A stretch of 63,922 bases of DNA, filler included, from Octopus bimaculoides (Eukaryota), in NCBI RefSeq assembly GCF_001194135.2. It is 8 parts of 8 records of this genome, joined end to end, with 100 filler letters (N's around TTAATTAATTAA, not from the genome) between each part and the next. Parts side by side here need not be neighbours in the genome. Positions count along the whole stretch, not along the records: positions 10,163 to 29,570 come from NC_068986.1; positions 29,671 to 41,237 come from NC_068996.1; 6 more parts are not named here. One strand, given 5' to 3'. Each line of letters begins with the position of its first letter. Within the stretch, counting starts at the first letter, position 1. Made by a program: the position numbers and the translations under genes. Below are positions 27,410 through 41,237 of this stretch, piece after piece. The notes below the pieces were generated by a model. That model saw only the letters and a list, made by a program, of their open reading frames with translations. It searched no databases and was not told where the DNA came from.

Positions 27410-27993
27410 ACGTATACGCTCATACTCACACACATACACACATGCACATCCGTATATGTATACATATGTACCTACATACATTCTCAGAAACAAAAGAGAT
27501 GCAACACGGAAACCCACACGCTTATGTTACGCGAATGCGCGCTTACAAACACACACATATGTTTTACGTGTACGTATGTACATATCTGCATGTGGGTGTG
27601 TGGAAACAAAAGCGAGAGCAAAATGTAGACAGGGAGATAGAATCAGAAAGCTCGCTTATTTAAAGATACACACACATCTACACATAACATTTACTATGTA
27701 TATATACACTTCCACGTGATATATGTGTATTCTGATATATAACATACACACACTCACCGATACGTACATACATTTCGTATCATTCCTCAATGTTGTCTCG
27801 GAAGGCCGTAGTCCATGGTTCATATTCTCCCTACTAGGAGTTTTATGCGATGATTATTGAAAACACAAGAATTAACTTCAACAGCACTTGGAAATTGTAT
27901 TACTAGAAAGTCCGCTTACGTCAGCAGCAGATTATATCAATATACATCATGTTAAATAAGTGTATGTTAATACGTATAACTAGTATATATGAG

Positions 27994-28047
<54 letters not shown>

Positions 28048-28298
28048 TGTGTGTGTGTGTGTGTACGTATTTGCTTACAATTCTTAATGTATGTATCCTT
28101 TGGCATTCATATTTGTGTGTCTGTATGTATACAGTGTATATATATAGGCAATACATAGATACATCCATACATCCATGCACATATATACATGTAAATACAA
28201 GATTGTGTATATGTGTATATATAAATATATAAATGCATAAATACATAAGCACATGCATGAACGTACTTATATGTCTCTCTCTCTCTATACATATGCAT

Positions 28299-28338
<40 letters not shown>

Positions 28339-28651
28339 NNNNNNNNNNNNNNNNNNNNNNNNNNNNNNNNNNNNNNNNNNNNNNNNNNNNNNNNNNNNNN
28401 NNNNNNNNNNNNNNNNNNNNNNNNNNNNNNNNNNNNNNNNNNNNNNNNNNNNNNNNNNNNNNNNNNNNNNNNNNNNNNNNNNNNNNNNNNNNNNNNNNNN
28501 NNNNNNNNNNNNNNNNNNNNNNNNNNNNNNNNNNNNNNNNNNNNNNNNNNNNNNNNNNNNNNNNNNNNNNNNNNNNNNNNNNNNNNNNNNNNNNNNNNNN
28601 NNNNNNNNNNNNNNNNNNNNNNNNNNNNNNNNNNNNNNNNNNNNNNNNNAT

Positions 28652-28683
<32 letters not shown>

Positions 28684-29537
28684 TTACGTGCATATAATAT
28701 ATGCGTACACACGTTTTACATAGCATCACACCGTTTGAGACACAAAGTGAAAGAGCTGTACGTAACGACGCGTCTCCTCTCAGTCTCTGTTGATTCCATA
28801 TCAATCGAAGTTCCTTAGAATCCAGGAATACATTTATGAATAGAACGCATAGATGAAAGAACATCATGCTGGAAAGCAATGTATGAAATCAATTCCAGTC
28901 ATGCTGTATCGTGTATACATCCGCGTATTCACACACACAGAGTGGAATCCATTCACGTCTTCATGTATTTAGATTTACTGACAACAGTATCAATCATAAC
29001 TTGTGCTAATATTTTCGTGACAAATGAAAATTACAGCAGATTAAAGTCCCCTGCAGGGATCGAACCCCAAATGCACTCTTAGGAAAGGATATGAATATAG
29101 CCAATTTTTGTTCATATGAGAGCACTGTGCCACATGAGGCGATACATATTCTGGTAGATCATATTTCGTAGATCATGGTAAGTAAATGATACAAGACAAT
29201 AAATGATAGTAGTCGTTCATATTCCGCGAAAGATTTTCTGCAATATCTTGCGAAACAGCCAGCGTAAGTGATTTGCTTATAGTCATCAATTATATCTGCT
29301 CTACATCGGCTCAGTCTCTCTCCATCAAATCGATGTTTGAACAGGTGCAGAGTATACCACATGTCAGATGTTAAAGTGATTGCAGAGCATTCGAGATTGT
29401 AGAGTATTCAAGCATAAAACGCACAATACGCCGTGTGTTTCTTAAATGGTTTTTAAACACCTTCCACGCTGCAATCGTTTTCGTTCCAGCACACGATCTC
29501 AGATCAGGTCACTTGCTATGCAAGTATATCTCCGTAA

Positions 29538-29570
<33 letters not shown>

Positions 29571-29969
29571 NNNNNNNNNNNNNNNNNNNNNNNNNNNNNN
29601 NNNNNNNNNNNNNNTTAATTAATTAANNNNNNNNNNNNNNNNNNNNNNNNNNNNNNNNNNNNNNNNNNNNGGCCACAATCATATGCGCCAACTTGGGGAT
29701 TCATGATATGAACTTGTTGAATTGTAGGAATAATGTTTGTTTGTGGTGAATACAAGGTTGTTATTTGTGCCATTAGTTCCTGTGAAACTGGTAAATTCAA
29801 ACTGTCATAAATATAAACATCTCCAAAAAAATTTGTTGATAAAACAAAATGATGGATAAACAGTGTGCGGTGTGGATTGTATGTTAGAAATTACGTATGA
29901 GAAAAAATGGTTGGTTGTATTGAAATTTCTGGAAAATTTTCCGTTACGATTTTCAACCCGGCGTCAATG

Positions 29970-30130
29970 AGTTTATCACATAACATTTGTCCTGAACCAA
30001 TACTCTGGTTACGGTTCATTGACGACGTATTTTTTGTCTGGAAAGGATCACAGGATAGTTTAATGGACTTCTTGCATTTCTGTGATTGTTTTGCTAGAAA
30101 CTATGGCTTTAAGTCCAATATAAAATTTAT
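29970..30130 (+). mobile_element. PLE RT fragment
   Basis: ORF 29907-30197 contains PILWLRFIDDVFFVWKGSQDSLMDFL. Confidence 0.85.
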
Positions 30131-30169
30131 TATTATTATTAGTAGTATTATTATTATTATTATTAATAT

Positions 30170-30620
30170 TAAGGCAGCGAACTGGCAGAATCGTTAGTAT
30201 AATGGACCAAATATTTAGAGGTATTTTGCCCGTCGCTATGCTCTGGGTTCAAATCCCGCCGAGGTTGACTTTGCCTTTCATCCTTTCGGAGTCGATAAAT
30301 TAAGTACCAGTGAAATACTGGGGTCGATGTAGCCGACTAGTCACCTCCCCGAAAATTTCAGACCTTGTGCCTATAGTAGAAAGGATTATTATTGTTGTAT
30401 GATTATTATTAATCTTATTATTACTATTATAATTATTAATTTCTGCCTCTGGCAAAAACGTTGGCTTCTTAGATAAAGTGCTTCACGGCATTTCCTCCGA
30501 ATCCTTACATTGTGAATTCAAATACTGTTGAGGTGGACTTCGCCTTTCCTTCTTTCGGGGTTAGTAAAATAAGTACTAGTTGAGCACTAGGAATCATGTT
30601 ATCGACTAGCCCCCTCTAGG
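30170..30620 (+). mobile_element. Two SINE family B copies (about 30170-30390 and 30450-30620)
   Basis: aaggcagcgaactggcagaatcgttag… and …gactttgcctttcatcctttcgg… blocks. Confidence 0.75.
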
Positions 30621-30859
30621 ACACTCTAAATAACTCCCACATCCCTATGGAGTCTTGCAACTCTGTTCAGGTTAGAGACCTCGTAAGGACATACATTTCA
30701 CATTGCCTACCTACACGATAATTTTCCCCAAAATTTGGACAGTCTTTATGGACACGACACTCCCACTTCATCCATGGATGTGTAGCAGTGGTGACTTTGA
30801 AAGATTTAGAAAAAGAATTAAAAAAAAATATTTAAGAATATAGTTCTAAGCGTCACATA

Positions 30860-31160
30860 ATCTTAAAACAGCTGACTTCTTAGGTGTTACTTTAGAAATA
30901 AATAACAACTATTTCCACTAGTGTCACAAACCGAGCGAAAGCCTTAATTATGTTAATTTTCAATTCAAACACCGTTCTGACCCCAACTCGATCGTCGATA
31001 GCGTGTCAAATAAAATAGCTTCAACATCAGCCGGTATAGAAATTTTCGACCAGTTAAATTACTAAAACGATGCGCTTATTAGCGTTTGATACACTAATTA
31101 AATCAAGTATATATCCATTTAAGATAACTCTCTCTATATCTCTATCTCTCCTCTCTCTCC

Positions 31161-31249
<89 letters not shown>

Positions 31250-32540
31250 CTCGTGATATTAATAACTACCTACCCTTCCCCGCGAAACGCATCTCTGGAC
31301 ATGGGACTATGCCTCCGCATTCTGAATCTAGCACGAATTCAAGCCGTTCTTCCTTAACACTACACGGTCAAAACACCTCTTAAACCTATTCTAATCTTCA
31401 TAAAACCGCCCGCTATACACCTCGTATTAGGAATCTATGTCTTTCGCAACTTTCATAACGGTATGCCTAGTTACAAAATCCTTAGTTACTCGGAATTGGA
31501 CACATAGTTACTCGGAATGTGTCCGGACCCGCCACCCGAAATCTTAACTCTACGACCTGTACTAGAGAGAAGTAGAAAGGCTAGACACAAAGAAGTAATC
31601 TGGTTCCATTCACCTTCGTCCTCATCATTCAAAGTAGAGTACTGAAATTGTTTTTGTAGCTTTAAAGAAGCATTTTCACACATCGAGCAAGAATGGAAAG
31701 ATGTTTAACCTCCCACCCTTTTTTAACGTGTTATACACCATTATCTCTAATAGAACTGATGTTATACGTAGGATTAACAATAAAACTAATTACTGACCCA
31801 TCAAGGTTAACAAGACCCATACGCAATACCCCAGAATATACAACTCAAAGGCGCCGCGTCACATCAGAAAGGTAACTGACATCCCATATGTTAATATCAG
31901 GTCCAATTCGCATTCCATTAAACAAAACGAGCGTGATTGTGGTGCAAGCCCCGAATGCGGTAACGTTCTGAATGAGAACAGTACTAAAACTAACCATGAC
32001 ATCAGTAATCCTACTAACCTTACTGCTGATAAGATTAAGAGTGTGTTTAGCGAAGGCAGTAATTGCCCCGAGCGCAACAGCCTGAACTACACCCCGCTTG
32101 AACCCTCAAGTAGTTTGTGTAATTGTAAATGTCTATCCTCCTGTCAATTAGATAACAAGAGCCTGACGAAGACTATTGTTTATCAATGTGTAATTACTAT
32201 AAATCAAGCTAGATACGTTTACATTGGTGTTACTTGGTATAATCTCACGTATAGATTACTTAACTTCCATATGACCTTTCAGACAGAAGCTAAGGCTGAT
32301 AGCACATCTTTACCTAAAATGATTCGGAAATTAAAGAAGGGTTTAATTAATTTAGCGGTTATAATAATAGGAGCGCGTAGTGCATTATGGAGATTATGAC
32401 GACCATGTACAGTAACGACAACATTATTAATGGATTTAATGAACTGATTATAAGATGTAGACATAACTCCTTTCTCTGCTACAAACCCTAATTCCCATTT
32501 GACATAACTAGCCAATTCTTGCTCATTTGTAGTTAATGAT
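30860..32540 (+). mobile_element. Decayed PLE: RT C-terminus, linker and GIY-YIG endonuclease
   Basis: Fragments in order: ADFLGVTLE…KPSESLNYV (30.86-31.03 kb); RHKEVIWFHSP and KKHFH…KMFN (31.6-31.7 kb); CNCKCLSSCQLDNKSLTKTIVYQC…YVYIGVT (ORF 32043-32399). Stops and frameshifts are present. Confidence 0.8.
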
Positions 32541-33406
32541 AACTTCTTCAGGAAATTCACAACTTCCTCCTCTGCAAACTCTAATTCATATTAAACAATT
32601 CCTGCTACTCCCTAATTATTTCTGGTTACTGAAGATTTCGAAAGAAGTCTCACTTTCCCTCACCTCTGGCTTCGAACTTTATACATTATTTAGTGTAGTT
32701 ATGATATACTTTAGTACACTTTTCATCTAATTTTATAAACTAGTATACCAAATTCTACATTATTCCTTTATGTTACTACTAGGTGACAATGTGGAGAGCT
32801 AGCTGGAATTAGTACTCTTTACACGCCTTTCGCTCTTCACAGCTTACTTATTACTTCAGTTGCTTTTTAATTACCCTGAGTGTCTCATTATATCCTAAAT
32901 CTTACTACCTATGTGATTTCATGTTTCGCTTATCTGTATACTTAACGATCTTAAACATACATATTTATACTTGTGTGCGCTTTTTGTGCGTATGACTTCA
33001 TGTGTCTATAACTATACATGTATTTTCGTTCACCTCTGTCATTTCAGCTTGTTTATTGCACGATTTTTAATTTCTGCTATTACCTTTAAATAACTTCCAG
33101 CGTACATCTTCAAGTATATATGTTTGTGTGTGGTTGTATATATACTTGATATTATATCTATTTTGATATCGTTCGGTGGTATTCGTTTATGAAGGTTTAT
33201 GTCTAAGAGTGTATGTATATGTAGCTATATTTTATCCTTTTATTTCTGCAGTATACGCATGTATTCTAGGCATATGTAGATACATATTTGTTTATTTGGC
33301 CTTTGCGTATAAATTTATATGTATATTTGTTTACATATGTTTATATGTGTGCCTATAATTATATGTATTACTTATATGTTTCGTATGCATTCCTCTACCT
33401 AGTTGC

Positions 33407-33505
<99 letters not shown>

Positions 33506-33799
33506 TGAATGCTTACAGGTGTGCAGTCTAAATCGATATGTGCAAGGGTTAAAAAATCTAAAAAAACAGACCTCGCCCCACAATTGCGCAGTGAACTAGT
33601 AATTGATAACCTACAACGATTTATTGCGAAATGCGATGTGGGATATGCATAAATACGCATACACACACAGAGGCATGACAAAATTAAATAGACACACCGT
33701 AAAACATCGTTTTATGTTTACTCCAACTTGTAAAGGCTTATATTTTCTATTAATTGACAATTTTATGTTTCAGGTTCTATATGTGACTGTTTAATCATG

Positions 33800-34150
33800 C
33801 CATGTACAATAGAAACCTTGGAACTGTCTGAATTTCAAAGAGGCTATATTGTGGGTCATTCTAAAGGTGGACATAGCGTAAAATCGCAGAAAACCTTGGG
33901 ATCCAGCTTTCTGCAGTTAATAAAGTGATTGTGCTATTCACCAGAGAGGGGAAGGAGTTCACATCACCTCACCCAGATCAACCAGGGCCCTTTTTTTGCT
34001 AAGAGAAGCGTGGAGGATAATCCACGTTGCAAGTCCTCTAACATAGCAGAACAAGTTAATGTCAGTCCCAGAGCAGCTTTCAGGTATCTCCACAAACTTG
34101 GTTACAATGGCAGAGCAGCAAGAAGGAAGCTAATTTTTCGACCAATCAGC
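33800..34150 (+). mobile_element. Tc1-type transposase N-terminal fragment
   Basis: ELSEFQRGYIVG… followed by VNVSPRAAFRYLHKLGYNGRAARRK (paired-like HTH and Tc3_2-type HTH region). Confidence 0.75.
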
Positions 34151-34309
34151 TAAAGTACTGATTGCATGAAACCGTGTTTAGTTTGCTCTTTTGGATAGCT
34201 CTAACTCTACAATAACATTCTATATCTTTATGTGTAGTTCAGATAATTTATATTCTAATTGATTACGGTTTTAAATTTCGTTATCAATGAATTTGATCTA
34301 GTCAGAGGA

Positions 34310-34720
34310 GCATCGTCTTAGTAACAAATATTCATGCTGTTCTTATTTGCTGATAAATTGGATACTATAATCGATATATCGTTGATTGCTCTTAGCTGAA
34401 TTTGGGTGGTTATTAATTTTTTATATATGTAATTTAGATTCCCATTTGGCTTATGAAATGAGCAGTAAAGGCTAGGATGTAGGTCGAGTGTGGCATCTAG
34501 AAATTCATTCTCTTTATATCGTTTGTAATTTAGTTGAAAGGTTAAAGTTTTTAAGATCATTATATAATTTCTGGGGTTTCAGAAGTTCTGTATTGTTAGC
34601 AGAGGGTCATCTCTAAGCAGACATCCAGCCATTTCTAAAATATTTTTTTGTAGCTCGCTGAGACGTAATGGACTCAGTAAATCGGTGACATTTTCCGAAT
34701 CAGAGGATCCATAGTAATAT
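34310..34720 (-). mobile_element. Decayed PLE RT fragment (RDD type)
   Basis: GCLLRDDPLL, then EFLDATLDLHPSLYCSFHKPNGNLNYI. Confidence 0.75.
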
Positions 34721-35010
34721 TACCTTTTTTCCTTCTTTAATTCTTTTATTCCTTTTCTTCTTTCTCTCTTTTTTCACAACCCTATTTTTCTCTTTTTCTT
34801 ACTCTCTCTTTTATCTCAGTATGCAAATAGTCTTGCACTCTATTCCACGATAAGCATTTGTTATGAGTTATTATAATGTAATGTTTTCCTAAAGATCCTC
34901 TGTGGATCTGCGTCTACATGCACTATTAACACCCATTGCGAAACGTGCGTAGGGAGAAAATGGCATAAATTGCACATTGGTTATAGCGCGTGCGCGCACG
35001 CGCGCGCGCA

Positions 35011-35047
<37 letters not shown>

Positions 35048-36047
35048 ACACACATACACACACACTCACGCACGCGCACACACACGTTTGATTTACTCGA
35101 TTACACCCTGGGAGAGACCCAGGATATTAGTGTTAAAACAGAAGTAATTAACAAACACTAGGAATTTCCAAACGATCAGTGATTTGGAACAGTGATATAG
35201 CTATCTCTACTTCAGACGAAAATATATTAGCAGACGTTTATCATCAATTCAGACAGCTTTTGAATATCGCATTATGCTTCTTCGCCGACATCTACAAAAC
35301 ATCAGAAGAAGTGCCACAATGCATTTCGCCGTTCGACGAGATGCATACATGATAGAAAGTATTCCCTGATTGATAACGAAATGTTGATACTCAAAACATC
35401 ATTATATGAAAAGTTTTCTGCTGATTAACAAAAGCAAATGCGGTGCTACTTTGCTAAAAAGCATCAAAGTTTTAGTGACGTAAATGATCAGTTTAGACAA
35501 TCTTGGACTAATAATCGGTACATAAGCTTTCATTTTGAAAGGCACGGCTTTGAAATTCATGATGAAGGAACAGCGAAATCCCTTAATTCACATAAGGGAT
35601 AAAGAAGCAGGTAAAACCTGAATGCAACAACCTAGATTCGGTGGAATCAACTCCAAGAACGTGACTCATACAGTTGGTAGCACTCCGAAAATTTCATCTT
35701 GCTATCTATGAAGCATGATACCATGACCAAAACGTTAACGACAGTGTTGTGTCGCATATGGAGGTAATAGCCTGATTATATTTTGGGGCACCTGTTAATC
35801 ACATGTGTGACGTTTTTCACAGAAATTACATAATCTACATTTTCAGTTGCATCTTGGAGCTTCAAAGGCTTCACTATCTTTAAGTACTAACCTAAAAACC
35901 GCACTCTGTGCATACTTTTCAGCTAGCTCATGCGGGGAGCTAATTGAGCCTGCAGCTCAAAACTAAGGAGAGCTAAGTAGCATGACTAATACGTCTATAA
36001 TGACTATATGCCGCGGTGGTGGTTGATCAGAGGATAACGATGGATAA

Positions 36048-36093
<46 letters not shown>

Positions 36094-36138
36094 ACATGGG
36101 CTTATAGTTTTCTGCTAACTCGGTAGTTTCCTTTTCTA

Positions 36139-36186
<48 letters not shown>

Positions 36187-36196
36187 CGTGCGTGTG

Positions 36197-36286
<90 letters not shown>

Positions 36287-36379
36287 TGCGTATTTCTCAT
36301 CTGTATTTAATCATTTAAAATATTGCTTTGCGGGAGCTGATTTCTACCTACATACAAATCTCCATCTTTGGAATGTAGA

Positions 36380-37615
36380 TAATGAAAACAATGTCACCTT
36401 TTAAACCCGAGTAAAGTCATGCATAGTTTTACTGTCCTGATTACAGATTGTATTTGTAATGTGCGATTCAGTTGATTGATTTCTTCTTCTGAAAATCCAA
36501 GTTTATCCAGAGTGACAGTTAGGCATTTGCTTACAAACCAAGTGCTCCAATTATTATTAGTATGAATGCAAATTTGTAATTTGGATATAGCAACTGGGGG
36601 TTTTGAAGTAGTTGTCAAAATTTATCTTCTTCCTCTTTGATTTTCAAACAGATATCCACACCAGCAGGACAGTTGTCCTCTATGGCGGTACATACATTTT
36701 CTTGTCTGTCCCAAGCAACAATATTCGGCTTGTTATGCCTACACTTGACTGATGTTTTGATGGAATTGTTCAACCAATATTCTTTGTGCTGATATTTGTG
36801 TACGTATTCAATAACTGATTCTCTGTATTTATTCCAGCTTTTATTTTTTCGAATGACATTGCATATTGTTTTTGCGACAGCGTCATGTCGCATAGGGAAG
36901 TAGTACTTTAATGACATATTTTGAGCAGCTACTAATCACATGTGTGATTTCCTCCCAATGTCTTTGGAGAGTTAGAAAATAAGATCCAGTTGCTTTTTTG
37001 ATGTGGTTAATATTTGGCCCATACAGCATTAATTCATCGACATCTGCACGTGTTCAATACATCCGCACATTTCCTTCTTTCCCCAACTTGTTCTGGGGTT
37101 ACAATACTGTTAGTGGTGCAATAGTCCTGTAGAAACAAGCTGGGACATCTTATACATGATTTGAGAGGCTACAGAGTGGTAATTTTTGGCTTCCGTGGAT
37201 CAGCTATTTTGTGGAATGAGAAGAGTGATGGCTGTTGACAGCCATGTGTATACGTTTAATGTGCCTTTGTCATTCTTCCCAAGCAGAACTTGCCGATAAA
37301 AGCTGAAATTTTTAACCAACATCCTTTAATAAGATTTTAGAGTCTGTGGATTTTTGTTTGGTATTTTTCAGGACTAGTTCAAAACCTTCACAGTCGATTT
37401 TGTAGGGTTTTCTTTAACGTTTGCAGTAGCCTTGTTCTAACTCGCCTATCCTTTCAGCTTTTTTGTTGAGCCAACCATTTTTTTCCAAAATTGATTCCAG
37501 TAGCCTTTCACTTATTCTGTTGAATGGGTGCTTTTTATTATTTTCTGTTGAATCTATGATAGACTTGGGATCTCTAGCAAACAATCTATTTAGTCTTTCG
37601 TTTATTATCTGTGAG
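36380..37615 (-). mobile_element. R4/Dong-like non-LTR retrotransposon fragment (RLE type), RT core apparently missing
   Basis: In order: NRLFARDPK…; an RT N-terminal region ending EQVGEKKEMCGC; then HVISSC, MRHDAVAK, KCRHNKPNIVAWD (PD-like) and LGFSEEE…LQIQSVIRTVK. Confidence 0.78.
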
Positions 37616-37840
37616 TTTATGTATGTATGTATGTATGTATGTATGTATGTATGTATGTATGTATGTATGTATGTATGTATGTATGTATGCATGTATGTAT
37701 GTATAACTTTCTGTGACAATCGTGACACGGCTATATATAAATTATCGACGGTATATATAATATTAACGAAACAGTGAAGTATGTAAGAAAATCTAAAAGT
37801 TTAACGTGTAAGGGTATATATACTTGCCTGTATATATAGA

Positions 37841-37914
<74 letters not shown>

Positions 37915-38237
37915 TAAACGTAAGTCAAAGATCGATGCATGCGATGATATACATGCTTGCACATATATGTATACAAATAGATAGATAGATAGATTGATGT
38001 AGATATGTGTATGTATTATGTATGCATATATAATATATGTATGATATACATACATATATATAGACATATTTAAAAAATAACGTGGACATATATACATATA
38101 TATGTATGTATATATATATATATATGTATATATGTATNNNNNNNNNNNNNNNNNNNNNNNNNNNNNNNNNNNNNNNNNNNNNNNNNNNNNNNNNNNNNNN
38201 NNNNNNNNNNNNNNNNNNNNNNNNNNNNNNNNNNNNN

Positions 38238-38533
38238 TGTCATGCCATGTATTGGAATTGTTATTATGTAATGCTCTATTCTAATGTCTTAAATGTATTC
38301 TGTGATGTTATGTAAAGAAAAAAGAAAAGGTTACCCAACGCATGGTCATCGTGTTGTTTCTTCCTCCCCGTCCTATTTGCTTGTGTTGTTCTTTGTTACG
38401 TGCTCCAGCCGGGGCTTTATTATCGGTCAGGTGACCGAGACGAGTTGCTAGCTCACTGAGTGTGAACGTTCGCGCGTGCGCGAGTCCCCTCTTCGGTGTT
38501 AAGGAGGTGCTTCGCGTGCGGGCGTTCGTAACA
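38238..38533. mobile_element. Possible solo LTR
   Basis: CpG-rich island beginning tgt (at a gap edge) and ending taaca; no partner LTR seen. Confidence 0.25.
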
Positions 38534-38664
38534 GTATATATACAAACAATTTTTTAAAAGCTGCTCAGTGTATATAGTACTAAAATATTAAAATTCGGAT
38601 AAAAAAGGCATTTACAAAATGCAGCACCATATATAGAATTATCTATAAATTAAATGTAAACAAT

Positions 38665-39074
38665 AGGCGTAGGAGTGGCAGTGTGGTAAGTAGCCTGCTT
38701 ACCAACCACATGGTTCCGGGTTCAGTCCCACTGCGTGGCACCTTGGGCAAGTGTCTTCTACTATATGCTTCGGGCCAACCAAAGCCTTGTGAGTGGATTT
38801 GGTAGACGGAAACTGAAAGAAGCCCGTCGTATATATGTATATATATATGTATGTGTGTGTATATGTTTGTGTGTCTGTGTTTGTCCCCCAACTTCGTTTG
38901 ACAACCGATGCTAGTGTGTTTACGTCCCCGTAACTTAGCGGTTCGGCTAAAGAGAACGATAGAATAAGTACTAGGCTTACAAAGAATAAGTCCTGGGGTC
39001 AACTTGCTCGACTAAAAGGCGGTGCTCCAGCATGGCCGCAGTCAAATGACTGAAACAAGTAAAAGAGTAAAGAG
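38665..39074 (+). mobile_element. SINE family A, full-length reference copy
   Basis: tRNA-like head aggcgtaggagtggcagtgtggtaag…ccgggttcagtccc, gcgtggcaccttgggcaagtgtctt core, internal TA/TG repeat, tail gactgaaacaagtaaaagagtaaagag. Confidence 0.92.
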
Positions 39075-39339
39075 TACAGAATAATTAAATAGGTTTGTAA
39101 AATGCAATAAAATAAAATAATAAAAAGAACTTCGGCAAAGCTTAAACTTGAAAATGATGTGTAAAATGATATGAAAACAAGGTTTTCTTAAAGAATACGT
39201 CGAAATATATATTCGATATCATTGCGATGCGAAATGACCATACATTACAAATACAAATTCAAAAGTGGCATTCGAAACTAATTCAAAAGTCAACATATAT
39301 TATGCATATGGTATTTTGTCGGTTGACATTTTAAATTTC

Positions 39340-40535
39340 GCTGTGTGCCTGCAGGAATTTAAGAGTTCGCGTCTTTGATTCAAAGCGCTATTAATTTTTC
39401 CGAAAGGCATAAATTACATTTAATGGTTCTTTTATGAGCTCCATGTCTGTATGCTAAAGCTGTATCTAAGATTTTCCATGTTACATCGAAAGGACGGGTT
39501 TCATTTTCTTTCAATTCCCAGAATATTTTGCCAGACTAGTTTTTGTCCTATTTTCGGGGTACCGGAAAGAATTTCTGCGGGAATAAAATCGGGTCTTGAA
39601 AGAATTTTATGAAGCCCCTGTGTATGTTTTATATTCTTGTGAGCCTTCTATTTGCATTTTGGCCCTATACACAATCCCTTTCTGCAGACGTTTTCCTTCC
39701 AGCGGACAGGAGGTCTCATCTTTGAAAATACAATTCTTCGGATTTGAATCGGCACTGTAGCTATCTGTAATTATCTTATTGTATTGGTTAATGAAAGAGG
39801 CGAAGTTTTTACAACAAGAATAGCTAATCTTCAGCGTTCTTCTATTAAATATTCTGTAAAACTTATGGCTAGGTTGAAAATGCTTAGAAACTAATTTTAA
39901 GAATTCCCTACCTATTTTAGTTTTTACGGCCATATCAAATGCTGGATTCAACCACAAAACCCTCCTAGTTCTTCTAGTTCTACCTGTAGTATTATTGCTA
40001 CCATTAACTTGGTTGTACTGGATCTTCTCAGAGAATCCTCTATTTCTTAATGCGTTGTTGTAATAGGGTGCAGCATTTTGAAATTATGTCTTATCCGGAG
40101 AAATTGAAGATATTCGCCTACCTACATTACTGACTAGCTTCCTAAGAATAACTGGCGGATGATTAGATTCTTTGCTAATATAAGATAGCTTTCCATTAAG
40201 CTTACGGTAAGGTTTGAACTGTAACTGTATCTAACTGTAAATCTAAATTTATATCTACGTTTTCAAGATTACTATCTATCGTAATCCATAAGCCCATCTT
40301 TTGGAAGAAAACAACTAGATCCTTCTTAAGCTTATCTAATTCGTGGCCGTTTAAATTATGGTTGATTATAAGGCCGTCATCCCTATATAATCCTGCGTCT
40401 ATAAAATGGAATTCTAAACTTAGATTATATAAGCTCCTTTGAGCACACATAACTTAGCCCCGTTATATTCCCCCATCGCTACATTGAAAAGAGAATCCTC
40501 ACTCTTTTTGACCCAGGTAGAATCCTCGTAAAAAA
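39340..40535 (-). mobile_element. Decayed PLE: RT (YRDD) to GIY-YIG
   Basis: FNVAMGEYNGAKLC, AGLYRDDGL, WLNPAF…IFNRRTLKISYSC, CPLEGKRLQKGIVYRA…YTGAS and C-terminal CNLCLSEKL…CRH. Confidence 0.88.
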
Positions 40536-40559
40536 GGAAGGGAGTTCCTCGCATGTATG

Positions 40560-41237
40560 ATAATATCTATTTCCGAGTCATCGATGGTGATATACTGCTT
40601 GCAGAAGATGGTTTGCAAAATTCAGAAGTGGAGATTTCAGCCTTGAAGATGAAGATCGAACAGGATCCAGTTGAGTTTGATTATAAGCTCCTTGAGGCAT
40701 TACTTGAAGAAAATCCTGCATTATCAGTTGAAGAATTGGCAATAAATCCCGAGTTGAGATCTGCTCTTCTCTCCATTCTCGCGAACTCATTTCACCCTTT
40801 TTGGATAGACTTGCGACTGGAGACGAAAAATGAATCTTCTATCGAAATGTTAAACGTCGTAATCAGTGTCTTAGTAAAAGGAAAAAAGCTCAACCACAGC
40901 AGAGAAGGGAACTACATGGAAAAAAGGTTCTGCTCTCTATCTGGTGGGATTACAAAGGAGTAATTCACTTTGAATTGTTACCACCTAATGCAACAATCAA
41001 TTCTCAAGTCTACTGTCAGTAATTAGAGCGTTTAAACCAAGCTTTGAAGGAAAAAAGACCCGCTTTAGTGAATCGAAAAGGAGTGATGTTTCATCAGGAC
41101 AATGCGTGACCCCACACTGCAAAGATCACATCACAGAAGATCGAAAAGCTTGGTTGGGAAAAAATTCCTCATCCACTTTATTCTCCCGACATTGCTCCTT
41201 CAGACTATCATTTGTTTCGTAGTTTACAGAATCATTT
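40560..41237 (+). mobile_element. Mariner transposase pseudogene fragment
   Basis: IHFELLPPNATINSQVYCQ…FHQDNA*PH…HPLYSPDIAPSDYHLFRSLQNH (YSPD motif), with an upstream HTH region LEENPALSVEELA. Confidence 0.92.

Noticed and set aside
28720-29400. Several plus-strand AG/GTAAGT pairs suggesting small exons
   Set aside because: Frames contain stops, implied introns are too short, and no product is recognisable.
34885-34960. Hammerhead-like ctaaaga…cgaaacgtgcgta
   Set aside because: The core has G5A and stem II cannot be drawn cleanly.
39030-39070. Hammerhead-like agtc-aaat-gact-GAAAC-aa-GUA at the SINE A 3' end
   Set aside because: A stem plus GAAAC…GUA is present but there is no CUGANGA upstream; at most a relic.
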